A stretch of DNA of 63,247 bases, filler included, from Octopus bimaculoides (taxonomy: Eukaryota), in assembly GCF_001194135.2 (NCBI RefSeq). It is 6 parts of 6 records of this genome, joined end to end, with 100 filler letters (N's around TTAATTAATTAA, not from the genome) between each part and the next. Parts side by side here need not be neighbours in the genome. Positions count along the whole stretch, not along the records: positions 1 to 27,542 come from NC_068981.1; 5 more parts are not named here. One strand, written 5' to 3'. A program made the translations under genes and the position numbers. Below the pieces are notes generated by a model. The model saw nothing but the letters and a program-made list of their open reading frames with translations, searched no databases and was not told the DNA's origin. Shown here one piece after another: positions 1 to 14,048 of the stretch (the stretch's first letter is position 1; each line of letters starts with the position of its first letter).

Positions 1-33
<33 letters not shown>

Positions 34-1689
34 CATGTATGTATGTATTTGGACTATATACGATGACTAACCATGTAGAATATACTTCGCTGGTGAGGCC
101 TAATAAGATCGAAGCATGACGGTTGTATTCGCCTATTGGTTTTAAAAACCAGATCCACTCCAATCTACAATCTATATCTATTAATATATTGTGTAAAATG
201 TTAATGAACTAACGCCATTGGTGCTATATCTATTGCTTGTTGTTCTATTGTGTGAAGCCACAAGAGATTTGTTCAGTACCAATTGCAGGGATAATTTCGA
301 TTGATAGACGTTTTTAAACTTCGTGTATTAACTTTGAAGACTCTACCGTATATGTATTTATTATGGAGAACACTGCTTTGATGTAATTTTCCCTCTGCCA
401 TATTGCTATTACTAATATATACGCCTGTATGTATATAAATTTGTATACGCACATACCTACAGATTTGTGCACAGGTGTGTATATGTGTGATGTACATATA
501 TGTGTGTGCGTGTGTGTGTATGCATGTATGTATATATATGTATGTATTGTGGTGATAGACATTAACACACCTGTGTGTTTAAAAGATGAACTCGTCGAAA
601 CTCTCATAAAGAATAACGTTTATCGTTGATGACGACAGAGGGCATTTTGGAGTCTCGCGCAGCAGTAGTAGAAGTACGTCATGTGAAGACATTACTTTAC
701 CTCCGCTTCGTTAAATCATATATCCAAACTTAAGGATATAAAAGTATGTATGTATGTATGTATGTATGTATGTATGTATGTATGTATGTATAATAGAATG
801 AAGGCTTAAACAGGCAAACAAATGGAATTAGGTCAGATTATGTTAAACATTGAAAAAACTTGAGGGTAGAAATGAATGTTACTAGAATTCAGATCGCAAG
901 AAGTCATTATTTGAAAAATGTTCATAATGATTGTGATATATGTTGGTATGTTCCGGAAACAGTTATAAGATAAGTCCATATTATTGATATTAGATAACAG
1001 GTAAATCTGGTTCATCGTAGGTAGAATCCAAAGCTAGATGAGAAGAAAGAGATGAGCAGGTAGCTCCTTACAGCTGTTTCAAGGATTGATGTGCAGATGG
1101 TGCATTCCTATGCAAGCAGTCAGTAGCTAGCATTTCAGTGTATGTGCCTTATAATCTCACATCATTAGACGTAATATCACTTTTGTGTAATATCACTTGT
1201 GTATGTGTATGAATATATTTCTATAAATAAATATTGTTTATAAATACTTGACTCTGTGTGTGTGTGAACGAATATGCACGCGTGAGCTTGTACAAGTGTT
1301 CTATAAATGGAGCAGCTTGAAAAATGTTCTTCTTATTTCCCAGATAAAACCGATCGTAATTCTTTAAATCTCGTGTCGGTCATTTTGTTTCTTCGGTTAG
1401 TATTGCATTAGAGTTTTTTCCCTCTCCTTTTTGATTTTTCCCCATCTCTTTTCTGTTTTTTTTCGTAGCTCCCAACATACTCAGTGGTTATTTGAGGTTT
1501 GTTTTATCACTGCTTGCTTCCTGCTATGTTGGAAGTGACCTCTAATAAAAAGAATATCCCCTCACAAAAAAAGTAAACAAAGAAAACATGAATGATTTGG
1601 TGGTATCGTGGTTAGGTAACATCTGGTAAAGGCGTGAATGTTATGTAAATCTAAAGAGAAGATACATACATTGCATAAACACACACACA

Positions 1690-1735
<46 letters not shown>

Positions 1736-2177
1736 CATACACACATATTATTATATAGCGTGTGTGTATGTGTATTGAAAGAGGAAAGGAGAGAAGAGAG
1801 TTGTTAGAAAGACTGAAGAGTGTCTTAATATTCGTATTTAAAAACTGAATGTGCAGTTTCCATTTATCTGAATTGACGTATAATCTTTCATAAACATTCA
1901 AAAATGTTATCTCCTTTTAATTCCAACGTTTTCTTATTTTTTTTCCTTGCTCTTCTGTTTGTACTTTTTATTTATTTAACTTCGTTCAGTTTCATCCTCC
2001 CGCTTACACACCCACTCTCTATCCATTTGTTTCTCATATATGTGTGCGTACAGAGTGTGACTGTGTGTCTACGTGTACATGTCCGTGTTTGATGTGTTTG
2101 TGTGTGTGTGTGTATGTATGTGTGTGTGTATGTGTATATGTGTTGTTTCCTTCTTACACATCTCAATATGATCATAG

Positions 2178-2218
<41 letters not shown>

Positions 2219-2292
2219 TGTCTTTCTCTCTTGTTCACTGTCTTTGCCCACCCTCAAATATTACTTTTGTTATACGCGCACAGACTATATAA

Positions 2293-2385
2293 CGATTTTA
2301 ACGATGCGTACTGCCTTAATTCTTCGAAACACCGGTGTTTTAATGGTGGCAGCTGATGAAGGAGATGTTTCTATGTGGCCTGCTT
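2293..2385 (+). ncRNA. Hammerhead-like motif with palindromic helix III followed by CTGATGA
   Basis: GAAA 2326-29, perfect palindrome ACACCGGTGT 2329-38, CTGATGA 2353-59, and TCTTC 2321-25 can pair with GGAGA 2361-65. Stem I is weak. Confidence 0.4.
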
Positions 2386-2521
2386 GTTTGTTGCACCTTG
2401 TTTACCGTTTTGTCCATGTTCTTTTGCCACGTCATGTACCCAGTTATGTATCTATAGGTACATGTAGATGAAGGTATGTACATACATGTACATATATATG
2501 CATATACTCATAAATTATTTG

Positions 2522-2572
<51 letters not shown>

Positions 2573-2896
2573 CCAGTATTTCCTTGGATGAAACTATCCC
2601 TTCATGAGGTTAACACAAGCTCTAATCGAATATATATATGTATATATATAGCTGCATCCCTTTTACTCTCCTCCATCCCTTTCTCTCTCTAAAATTTCAC
2701 TCTGCTTTCTCTTTTCCTTCTTTTTTCTTTCTCTTTCTTTTTCTCTTTCTCTCTTTCTTTCACTTTCTCTCCTTTACATTTTTTCTCTCTCCTTATTTGC
2801 TCTTTTACCTCAAACTCAATATTATTATCGCAATCAATAATCTTACCGTCAACTGTAACAGTCCATTTCTTATTTTCACATCGTCTCAACGCTAGT

Positions 2897-2928
2897 GATG
2901 TTTGTAGTAGTGGTAGTGGTGGTGGTGA

Positions 2929-2975
<47 letters not shown>

Positions 2976-3135
2976 ATAGTGATGACGACGTCGAACATGA
3001 TAATGAAAATGTTAATGATAATAAAAATATTGATGACGATGATGATGATGATAATGATGTTGCTGATGACGATAATCTTGATGATGTGATGACGACGAAG
3101 ATATTGGTAAAGATGATGATGATGATGATGATATG
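2897..3135. repeat. Compound (GTA)n/(GAT)n trinucleotide tract
   Basis: Direct reading. Confidence 0.95.
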
Positions 3136-4344
3136 ATAAGTGCTGTTTCTGTTGCTGTTGCTTCTCTTGTTGTTATTGTAGTTGCAGTTTTTCTGGTTGT
3201 ATTTAGTTTGCTTTTGTTGTTGTTGATGCATTTTTTTTATTATTGCTTCTTATTTATTAATGTTACCGCTGTTACATAACAACAATAATATTAAATTGTT
3301 TGTGGCTATTATATATTGTATTCTTGTCGTTGTTGTCACTACCGCTGCGGCTGCTGCCGCTTAATGTGTTCAGCGTTGCAAGGTAAAAGAATGAGTTTGC
3401 CTGATGGCTTTTCATCAAGCTATTCCAGTCTTCTATTGAAATAAACAAACAAATTCTGCATTTTCTGTTGACCTACGCTCTGCGGATAGTATTGTAAGAA
3501 ATTTACCGCAAAGCGCAATCAGCAATATTTGCTGCATCAACCGCTTTACTAGCCGTTCGTCTGTTTTTTTTTTTCTTTTCCAACAGGTGCGACATCATCA
3601 CAATTTTATGAAAGTGGTCGGCAGTTGGGGGACTGAGGACATCGGAGATCTCAACCAGTAGAAAAAAGAATTTACTCATCAGGGAATTGTACCTAGTCAT
3701 CTTCCGTTCCTCTGCGTAACGGACGGTGACCCCACCGCACCTGGTTTATGGCCGAAGTGACGAAGTTGGTGCAGAAGTATATGTTACAGCATATTACATC
3801 ATCGTGTTGGTTGTGATTAGACTCTGATGGATCTGACCTCTGCTCACTGGTATTCAAGGTAGGATCACACCATCTTTTGAAGAGGTGTCTAGGACTAGAT
3901 TGTTTCATGCGTTCTCTCCCTTTTGAAGATGATAGGGTGTGATATGCGGGACATTTAAGTGTAATTTCTAGTTGATTAAACGACTACTTAGTGTTTTGAT
4001 ATATTATTCGATGTCTCGTATTTCTGAATGTAAATGTCACCGAAAATTTTATTTTGTCATTCATAAAATACATACGAGTATTGCACGCGGGACAGAGTTA
4101 GTTACTGTGTCGTAGCAAATGTTCCCAGCGCCCAGAGGAAAGGGCACTTTTCGCGGTCCTATCATTTTTAAAAAATAGATATCCTAGGCCAGAGAAATGT
4201 TGTCCCCACTTCCAACCTCTCAACTATGTGTCAATGAATATGAAGTTGAAGTAAGGTCAAACAAGAATCACATTTTTCTCGGTAGTTCTCGCATTTCAAA
4301 AACGAGTTAGCAAAGCATTTGAACATGTTTATATATATATATAT

Positions 4345-4361
4345 ATTATTATTATTATTAC

Positions 4362-4450
<89 letters not shown>
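4345..4450. repeat. (ATT)n microsatellite
   Basis: About 35 near-perfect units. Confidence 0.98.
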
Positions 4451-4451
<1 letters not shown>

Positions 4452-7342
4452 AAACTGGGTCATTCACTTTAGAATAGCCAATGTTCCTTGCAAGCTCAGA
4501 GAGTGACCCTGCTCTCCTTCCTAAAAAATAGTAATAATTCCTTGCTGAAATATAGTGACATCAAACCACTTTCACATCCTTCTTGCTACGCCTGTAGTTA
4601 GCTGACTATAATAAATTAACCTTTTTAGAAACATTCCTTGTGCTTAGTGAGATGTCAATATTGATTAGATTTGGTTTTTCAATTACAGACTGCTGCTAAA
4701 CAAGAATGATACCATCAACCGATCAGTGGATGATTATAACGGAATGAAAACGAAAAATTTGTCATTGGCAATTAGGTCATATGGTCCTTGCATCAGCGCA
4801 CAAAGCAACATTTGAAGGAGCTTCTAGTTGATTACTGCACCTGCTAAGAACAACAGCCAAATTGCCTCAAAAAACACTTTACTATCTTAAAGAAATAATA
4901 TAACATGTATGATGCTTTTATTGTTGCCTATGTAGCCAGAAGTCTGAATAGTATGTGTATGGCAGTTGTGATGGCGATGGTGGTGGTACTGGTGATGGTG
5001 GTGGTTGAAAACAATCAACAGAAAAAGAGAAAGAGAAAGAAAGAAGTTAGATAGAAAAAATTGTACTGACCCCCGAATGAGAAGACAAAAAATGTTGTTT
5101 ATCATGCAGCTTTGCAATAAGTTCCAAGTCGACAAATTATATCATTGTTTTGATGAATATTGTTCATTGCTTGAAAATTATTGGTCAAGTTTAATACAAT
5201 TTAATATGTACTCAATGCATGAAGTGTCATTGTTGGGCCCGAGTCCCAATGAAATGCCACCCACAGGAGCTAGCATAAAAGCCGCCCTATAGGCTCACGG
5301 CAGATGAGGAGGTATCCCGCGGAAATGAGGACCGACTGACACTCTACTCGTCGAGTCGCCCGGGAGGACCAGAGAATATACCGACAACGAGAAAACAAGT
5401 TGCAAGAGAAAACAAACACGACTATTTTACAAAGAATGACTATGAAATCAATCTTAAAAGACAATTATAAGCCATAATTCAGTATTAAAGCTTAAAACAA
5501 ATATCAACGTTTAGACAAGTTAAGATTCGGAAGCGATCAATAACAAAAATAGCAGAGACAGAAACCAACGGCTTACTGGTTCACTCCCATTAAATAAAAT
5601 TTTATTGTCAACTTGTTATTCCAACATATCATCTGCGTTCGTCTAGTAACATTCAACTATTTAAATATATGGTTCAAAAACTTGTAACCAAATTGGAGTT
5701 GTGATGCCGAGGTGCTATTTATTAACATTTCGAAGTCAAATTGTCATACGACATTGACTGATGCTTCGGCTTATTCCTTTACTGAAGCTTTCAAATGTAT
5801 TTTGGAGAGTAATTGTGTCGTAGCACTCGAATTTAATTAAAGAAGGGTTGTGTATGCTTCTTTATTTTATGTTTTTTCGAGAGTAATGTTACGAGAGAAG
5901 AAGGCTTTTCGAGTTACTCTGAACATACATAGTTGTCATTTTAACACTTTCTTTTGAAAATACTTTGACTGTACGCACTGTAAAGCAGTAAATATATTTC
6001 CTGTTTATCCACGCAACAGCAACCATGCTTATATGAATATAAATTGAATTTCACGCCTTTACATGTGGAGAGCCAGAGATATAACAGAGGTAACACAACG
6101 GAATTTTAACTCATACTATACGGCGAAAGCATTCGGACAGCTCCCTTGAGATATCGCTGTATTTTCAGTTTGGGACATTCAGGCAATCCTTCCAAAAAGG
6201 AACAGCGTTATTTATATGACATATCTTCAGTTCCAATTTTATTTTCAGTGATATTTACGTTAAAGGTCGGAACATTTTATAAACATACTATTACGTGTTA
6301 TCTACAAGCATCATCATGTACGTTGAATTTCTAAGTTTTATTGGGTTATATCTCTGATATTTGATTCATCTATCTATACATTGATACACATAAATTATGA
6401 ATCTTTTCTCTCGTATATTCCTTTACTGAATTATTATAGAATTACTTTTATTAAAGAAGTCAATTCTAATGATATTGTATCTATCTAGGTGGTATTATTG
6501 CGTTATAATAAATCCCGTAACATTCATTATCTTTTCATAATTTACCGAGAGAACGTCGGCCAAAATATTTTGCCACATGTGTTTATCACCTTTTAAGTTC
6601 TGTGTTTAAACCTCAACGAGGTCGGCCCTACTGTTACCCTTAGTTGTTAAAAAACAATTGCTAGTGAAATACTGTTATTGTTATTAATCGACTCTACTTC
6701 TACTTCGAATTGAAGGCTTATTGTCTGTGTTAGAAATCGATGATGTATTTATTTTCTCTCACTGATAGTGTGGTGAATTAGCAGAATTTCTGAAAGAGTT
6801 AGATTTTTTGTAAGTATTTGTGCTGAGTTTACGAGCTCTGGGTTCAAATTCTGCCAAGCTGTAGGATAGATAAATAAAGTACCAGTCAAGTATCAAGATC
6901 AATACTTCTTTCCCTCTCTTTCAATCGGAATCGTTTAAGTTCCACTATGTAAAGGTATCTTAGTGGACGACTCACAAACTCCATTTTTTCAGAAATGGAA
7001 AAGATATGAGCGAAGATAGAAAAACTGATTGGCTACTAAAACCGCCCACAGACGAATTGACGTGCAGTACAGTACAGGACGGAAATAAGTAAAAGAAATA
7101 TGACTGCTATAGCTGTTTCTGAACTTAACAAATAAGGTTAATCAATAGCAACAATAAACAAACCGATAGTCTATATCAGTATGAATCGAAATAGATATTA
7201 AATTAGAAGAATGGGCGGTAATATATTTTTGTCTTCATGTGTATAAGCATCCACCTCTTTTTCTATAATTCCTTATTGCCTTCTGATAAAATTGTGTCAG
7301 GATATTTTATAGACGACTAATTACAAATGGCGTCCCACCCAA

Positions 7343-7464
7343 ACACACGCACACACACACACACACATAGAGGCATATATGAATATTTATATACATGTAT
7401 GTATGTATGTATGTATGTATGTATGTATCTAGATAAATGCATGTATAAAATGTATATATATATG

Positions 7465-7518
<54 letters not shown>

Positions 7519-7573
7519 AATGTATGTATATATATGTGTATGTATGTATATATGCAGAGCGACATGCACAAGA

Positions 7574-7615
<42 letters not shown>
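7343..7615. repeat. Compound CA/TATG/TA microsatellite; similar tracts throughout (e.g. 1-50, 746-790, 1681-1745, 10075-10290, 13965-14043, 56610-56920)
   Basis: Direct reading. Confidence 0.95.
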
Positions 7616-7616
<1 letters not shown>

Positions 7617-7914
7617 CGCTCACCTACACGCATTCACATGTATATTGTTTTGGTTGAGACTAAATTAACTACAAATAAAAACAATATGGTGTCTTCTATT
7701 AATCTAATATACTAACACGAGAACTAGCATGAGAGGGAATACATTTCCCTCAAGGTTTCTTTATCTTGCAAAGAAATTCAACAACCTGTTAGAAGTGTGT
7801 TTATTATGTGGCTGAAATCCCAGCAGGACAGAAGGAATTTTTCAATGATTGCACATGTTTGGTTGTGAGCGAACATTATCTCTCGATTCTGGTGGAAAAA
7901 CAAACAGATAAACA

Positions 7915-8040
7915 TATGAGTGGCTTGGCGTAGACTGGACGAATGTGAAGTCCCTTGTTCAAGGGCAGCAATGCACTACTAGATCCAAGAACCTAACATA
8001 CAACATCATGACTGTGAGCCGAACGTCTTAATTACTAGAC
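7915..8040 (-). mobile_element. CORE-type SINE fragment, old
   Basis: AAGTCCCTTGTTCAAGGGC is the reverse complement of a CCTTGAGCAAGG-type core. Confidence 0.55.
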
Positions 8041-8705
8041 TACTCGCCCTCATACGCATGTACATACACGCGTACACATCCACACTCACGCGCACACTCA
8101 CACGTATACTCAAACGCATACACATATTCACGCACAAATAAACAATTATCCAAAGTAATTGGACTCAAAATCTTTCCCATAAAGATTTGAGCACTATTCA
8201 AAAACGACCTCTTCCCAGCGTTATCAGAAGAAAGTAGATTGGAATCTTTCAACGTAGATAAACACATATCTAAATGTATTTTTTTTCTTTCTCTGATCTG
8301 AAATGTAGTATGAAACATGCACATTTATATGAAATCTACTTACCTATCACGGTCACTTTGGGTTTATATCTTTCTGAAATCTTCCCAAAAATGATATAAC
8401 TAATTCAACTTTAAATTACTTTACATCGATAAAAATCTGTAATATCGAAACAGTTCTGCCTGCAAATATGAAAAGACTAAATATTGTAGTTGACACTAAA
8501 TAGAATGTAAAAATATAAAACATATAGTGTCATCTGCTTAATTCATATACTAACATGAGAGGGAAGATATTTTTAGCATGGATTTTGAATTTTGAATCTT
8601 TCAAAGATATTGAACAACAATAAGAAATAATAATATTTTATCGATATAAAGTAAGTAAAAGTATGTACGCAATACATGCATATCTGCATGTTCACACACA
8701 TATAC

Positions 8706-8736
<31 letters not shown>

Positions 8737-8943
8737 GTGCGCGCGCTCTATGTGTATGTGTATATAAGTATGTATGCACACATAAACACACACACACACA
8801 CACACACATACACATCCATATCTATGTTCTGGGACAGCGTGTTTGTGGACACTTGTGAACAGCTTATTTGTGGATAAGTTGTAACTATTTTCACAAAGAG
8901 TATAAGTGTATGTTTATTTAAGGTACGCATAAAAAATTATTCC

Positions 8944-8975
<32 letters not shown>

Positions 8976-9029
8976 TCTTTTATTCTTTTATATATATATA
9001 TTCTTTTACTTGTTTCAGTCAGTTGATAT

Positions 9030-9925
9030 CAAGTTGGTACCAAGGTTTTTATAGTTTTCACTTTTGTGTTTCCCAAGGAAATTGTGCACTACTTCTGCAA
9101 AAGCTGATGCTTCATTTTCGCTCACCGTTTTCATGAAATCTGTGTCCTTCAAGAGCTTATGAATCTGTGATCCATCAAAAATCCCTGCCTTAAGTTTTTC
9201 AATCGTCACGTCTGGAAATACACTGCAGACATACTTAAAGCACCCGCTATTTTTGTTAAGAGTTTTGAAGAATTCCTTGATCAATCCGAGTTTGATGTGC
9301 AAGGTGGGTGGTATGATCTTATCTCGCTCAACTAAAGGTTCTTCCAATATATTGGCAGCTCTACATGGAACCATATTAGTTCAAGATGGCTAGTCTTTCT
9401 TAACATAGTGGTTTACTTGGTCTCTACTGTCTCACATGCAAAGAAAGCATGGGTATTTGGTCTCAAGAGAAAATTCACCATCTTTAAGTCAACGCAGATG
9501 ACTCATTTATGATTATGATACAGTATCTTCTCTAAAACCAACTTAATTTCTTCATATTTTTCCTTCAGAATTGTTGGCCGAGTTGGACAGAGCCATACAC
9601 ATTTCTGTTGTGCAATAATACACATTTTAAACTACGCTTAGATCTCTCTATGAAAAGACGCCATTCCTCTGGTTTGTATTCCTCAATTGCCAAGTTTATT
9701 AAGAAGTCCACTGACATCTCCGCAGTAAACCAGCTCTTCCTCTTTTGTAAAGAAAGAAAGGAACTCTTCATGCTGACTCTGATAAAAGGTTATACGGACA
9801 CCATTCACTAGAAGATTCTTCTCTTTCAGTCGGGAAGCCAACAGTTCTGCAGAATCTTTTGGAAGGTTCAAGTCACAAATTAGATCATTCAGCTCTACCT
9901 GGGAGAATAGCTGAGGTAAAACAGT
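9030..9925 (-). pseudogene. Second Chapaev-type transposase fragment (different subfamily), truncated at both ends
   Basis: PQLFSQVELNDLICDLNLPKDSAELLASRLKEKNLL, WRLFIERSKRSLKCVLLHN, ICVDLKMVNFLL, PPTLHIKLGLIKEF, KLKAGIFDGSQIHKLL. Stops and frameshifts present. Confidence 0.92.
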
Positions 9926-10089
9926 TGCTCCCGCAAAGCAAATTAAATAAAAATTGCGATCTTGCGGTGGGTCAAGATTGGTGACAAAATCAGGACAACG
10001 AAAACAAACAGGAAGGGCTGCTAAGCCTAAACGACGTTGTGGTGGCGAACGCGAAGAAGCAAGTCATATAGACACACACACACACACAC

Positions 10090-10121
<32 letters not shown>

Positions 10122-10131
10122 NNNNNNNNNN

Positions 10132-10210
<79 letters not shown>

Positions 10211-10503
10211 CATATATATATGCATATGTATATGTAAACACACACACACATATATATGTATATATATATATATACATACTTACATACATACCAACTGTAT
10301 AATATCAACAAATGACACCCACTGGTTGTTTTACCTTATTGTACCTAGCCAGTCCGGGAGTCCTAATTCTTGATATACTCACATTCTTATGAATCTTGTA
10401 ACGAATGAATATTACGTCCTAATTTTGATCCTTCGACGCTTCTGGTATTTCAATCTACACAATGAAAAAGGTAAACCTAGATTTCTCTCTCTCTCCCTCT
10501 TTC

Positions 10504-10540
<37 letters not shown>

Positions 10541-10797
10541 GTACACACACNNNNNNNNNNTATATATACGTACACACACACACGCACACTTATATGTATA
10601 CCTACATACACATACGCACAATGACTCATATATGTATATATGTGTATATTTATGAATATTTTTCTTTCACCATTTTCATTTATACGCATCCGCGTACACA
10701 AACTCACGTAAAGTTATCTGTAAAAGTGTGTGTTTGCCCGTATTTATATGCGCATGTATGTTTTATCATATTTACAGATGTCATTGTGTATTGGGAA

Positions 10798-10995
10798 CGG
10801 AAAGATTTTATTCTTAGTGTAATACAGCGGAAGTTTACATCTCTGTTTAAACAACCGGAAGTTTCAATATTTGTACAATTAACCGGAAGTTTCATTCTTT
10901 GCACAACTAATGGGATTTTCAAATTTTTGGGCAGTGAATCGGATGTTCCAGTATTTGTGTATCTAATCAGAAATTTTTCGCAATTTCCGTAACTA
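10798..10995 (+). repeat. Diverged 28-bp tandem array with ETS-like CGGAAGT cores
   Basis: Unit starts at 10798, 10828, 10856, 10884, 10912, 10940, 10968. CGGAAGTTT in three units, CGGATGTT in one. Conserved TTG mid-unit and AAY at unit end. Confidence 0.8.
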
Positions 10996-12184
10996 TGAGG
11001 ACATCCTCTTTATGTTAAAAACAACACTAGCTTGATCTCTGTAAAACCTCTAAGCAGTAAAAGAGATCTTTTTTCACAGGGAATTGTGTAAAGAACAACA
11101 AAGACAAAAGACAAAGGAAAAGTAATGAAATTATATCCCGAATCTCTTGTATATCTAGGCGATTGAGATTGATATGATACATCTATACAAAAAGCATATC
11201 CTTCGAAGTCTTTCCAGCAATGTAATCCAACAAGCAAACAAATACACTCGTTAATAGCTATTACAGCATACAAATAGAAGCTTTATCACTTTGTGATGTC
11301 TAACTACATCTAGGTAGTTATAAACTCCTTAATTTTACAGAGCCACCATTGTTTACATTAGTGAGATATCTAAGCTTAACGTATGCTTTATAGCTAAGCA
11401 GATTAAGCTAATTGAACGCGTAGCAATGTTGACAGGCTGCACATTGCTGGACGTAATTAGTTGGATGCAACACTCTCACTGTAGAAATCATATGTAGCAA
11501 CCTTCAGGTGATCGAATTAAAAGAACTTTGTTACGGAGATCGGTTATTTTATTTGAAGAATGTTTAATACGTTACCCGGTTTGACACCATACATAATCTT
11601 AGGATACCATTAGTCGTAGTTCACTCCGTCGTAAACATTCGAGTCACATTTGGTTCGAAGATAGCGGCTGTAATTTCGCTAATGCAGTGAAAATGATTGT
11701 CAGAGAGAACGAATGGGGTTGGCAAATGCTGAAACTTGCCACTAGATAGAACAGGCATCCAATCCTGTGGTGAATAAGTTCATTCTCTTACTCTGTTCTT
11801 CCAAAATTCGTACATGATGTCTCAACGAGCACAGAATTTCGAGAGACCCCACTTCCTCGTCCATTGAATTCTACCTGAGCTACTCACAGGGACATGGCAG
11901 TTCACGAGTCATCGTTTCTTACTTTTTCTACCAACAATATACTTTAAACATAAACAATGACGTTAAATAAGACGAAAGCATCCACTGCACGATACTCTTT
12001 CATCTACGCAATTACACACACACACACACACATATACCTACTATATACTACCAACAAATGGCCCCTAATGATTGTTTTACCTTACTGTGAACTCAATGTT
12101 CTGGTACCCAGCCAGTCCTGGCCTCCTATTCGTCTCCTAATAACATACCAACCCAACGTGTCAAAGAAGTAACCTCCATGTTGT

Positions 12185-12345
12185 CACTTGACAAGTTAGA
12201 AATGACAGCCAAACTGCTTCAAATCACACCCCCTTTCTTAAAAGGAAGAGTACATTAGCCAACATATTCCTAGATATACAAAAAGACAGGATGGCCAATA
12301 CTTGAATTACTTTTGACTACATGTCTGTTCAATCACTAGCTGCTT
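12185..12345 (+). repeat. Unclassified interspersed repeat (AGAAATRRCAGCCAAA...CAAATCACAC family)
   Basis: Related segments at 4815-4895(+) and 59790-59960(-). Confidence 0.6.
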
Positions 12346-13391
12346 GGTGTTAAACAACAGGAACAATGAAAATCACGCATCATATTGCTACCCGAGACAC
12401 AGTTGTCTCATCATTTATCTCTACCCAACTCTGCTGCCAAGGCTGTACTCTATACTGCAACTTTGCTCACAGGTGTGGTGTCTACATGTATACAGAACCT
12501 ACACGTACCACCTCGTCTTTCTCATCTGGATGAGCAACAATGATTTCCAGTTGCTTTAGCTTAACGTCTCCTTGCCTAGCTTCTTCGAGTTTATATGCTG
12601 TTTCTATTGCTATTTGAAGTCCAAGTCCTATCATCTTTCCCGATTAATTCACGTTCTGCAATGAAGATGTTTATTTCACTTCTTTTCCTTTGTTTGTTTG
12701 TTTGTTTGTTTCTTTCTTTGTCTGTCTCTCTCACTCAAATCAAACAGCATTCATAGTGACCAGTTTATTCAATACCTGGCTCACACATTTCTCAAGTACT
12801 GACGCTGCTGACAAAGAGAGTGATTAATGTTTCTGCAGTAGCTAGCGTCCACATCTGTGTCGATAACAAACACACCAACACTAAATGCCCTTCCTCACCT
12901 CCAAATCTAGCTTTTCTCCAGCTATCTGTGTTTTGAGTTCATTAAATTGTCAGCACAATAATTAATATTCAACACAAATGAGCGCACTTAATACCAAATC
13001 TCCCTTAAGTCACATCTTATTATCTTATTATCTTAACAAAATCATATTTGGATATTATCTTGTTATCCAACAATATAATATCCTATTATCTTGTTGAATA
13101 ATAGGATATTATTCTAGAGAATCCTAGCTACACTATATTTGAAAGCAAGGCGGATTGGTCTCAGCTGGGAAATAAACTAGTATTTTTCAATGGGAACGGG
13201 GGCTGTGAAAATTGTTAAAAATGCGCGGAAAAATTATCATTTAATAAAATTAGGATTTTAAATATTTTAAACTTCTTTTTAGCATAATAACAAAAACGAA
13301 TTAAATGGTTAAAATTCTATTTAGTTCACTCAATAAAGAAATACAAAAAATAAAATAAAATGAAAATAAAAATCGTGAGGCGTGTTTGAAG

Positions 13392-13550
13392 GCGCAGACG
13401 TAGTTGCATGGTTAAGAAGTTTGTTTCCAAACCACATAGTTTCGGGTTCAGTCCCACTTTGAAACCTTGGGGGAAATATCATCAACTATAGCCTCGGGCA
13501 GAGCAAAACCTTGTGAGTGGATTTGGGAGACAGAAATAGAAAAGCTCGTC

Positions 13551-13599
<49 letters not shown>

Positions 13600-13960
13600 C
13601 AAACACACACACACACGCACATACATATTATTTTACTTGTTTCAGTCATTTGACCGCAGCCAGGCTGGAGTGCCGACTTTAGTCGAACAAACCGATCCTA
13701 GTACTTATTCTATCGGTCTCTTTTGCCGAACCGCTAACCACACCAACATCGGTTGTCAAGCGAGGTGGGGGGAGGAACAAACACAGCTACACAAATATAT
13801 ACATATATATATATATACGTCGGGCTTCTTTCAGTTTCCGTCTACCGAATCCACTCACAAGGCTTTGGTCGGCCAGAGGCTATAGTAGAAGACACTTGCC
13901 CAAGGTGTCATGCTATGGGACTGAACCCGAAACCATGTGGTTGGAAAGCAAACTTCTTAC

Positions 13961-14048
<88 letters not shown>

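Noticed and set aside
88-122. Hammerhead-like CTGGTGAGGCC...GATCGAAGCATGAC
   Set aside because: Three or more core mismatches, a poor stem II and no NUH triplet.
1813-1850. CTGAAGAGTGT...ATATTC hairpin
   Set aside because: No GAAA after the stem and no stem I.
3587-3908. Strong acceptor at 3586 followed by a CpG-containing stretch with CTGAGGA and antisense CTGATGA
   Set aside because: All three frames stop within ~45 codons, no family motif is convincing, and neither core has a GAAA partner in register.
10462-10992. 176-aa plus-strand ORF over the 28-bp array
   Set aside because: It starts in microsatellite and gap sequence. A 28-nt period shifts frame every unit, which argues against coding.
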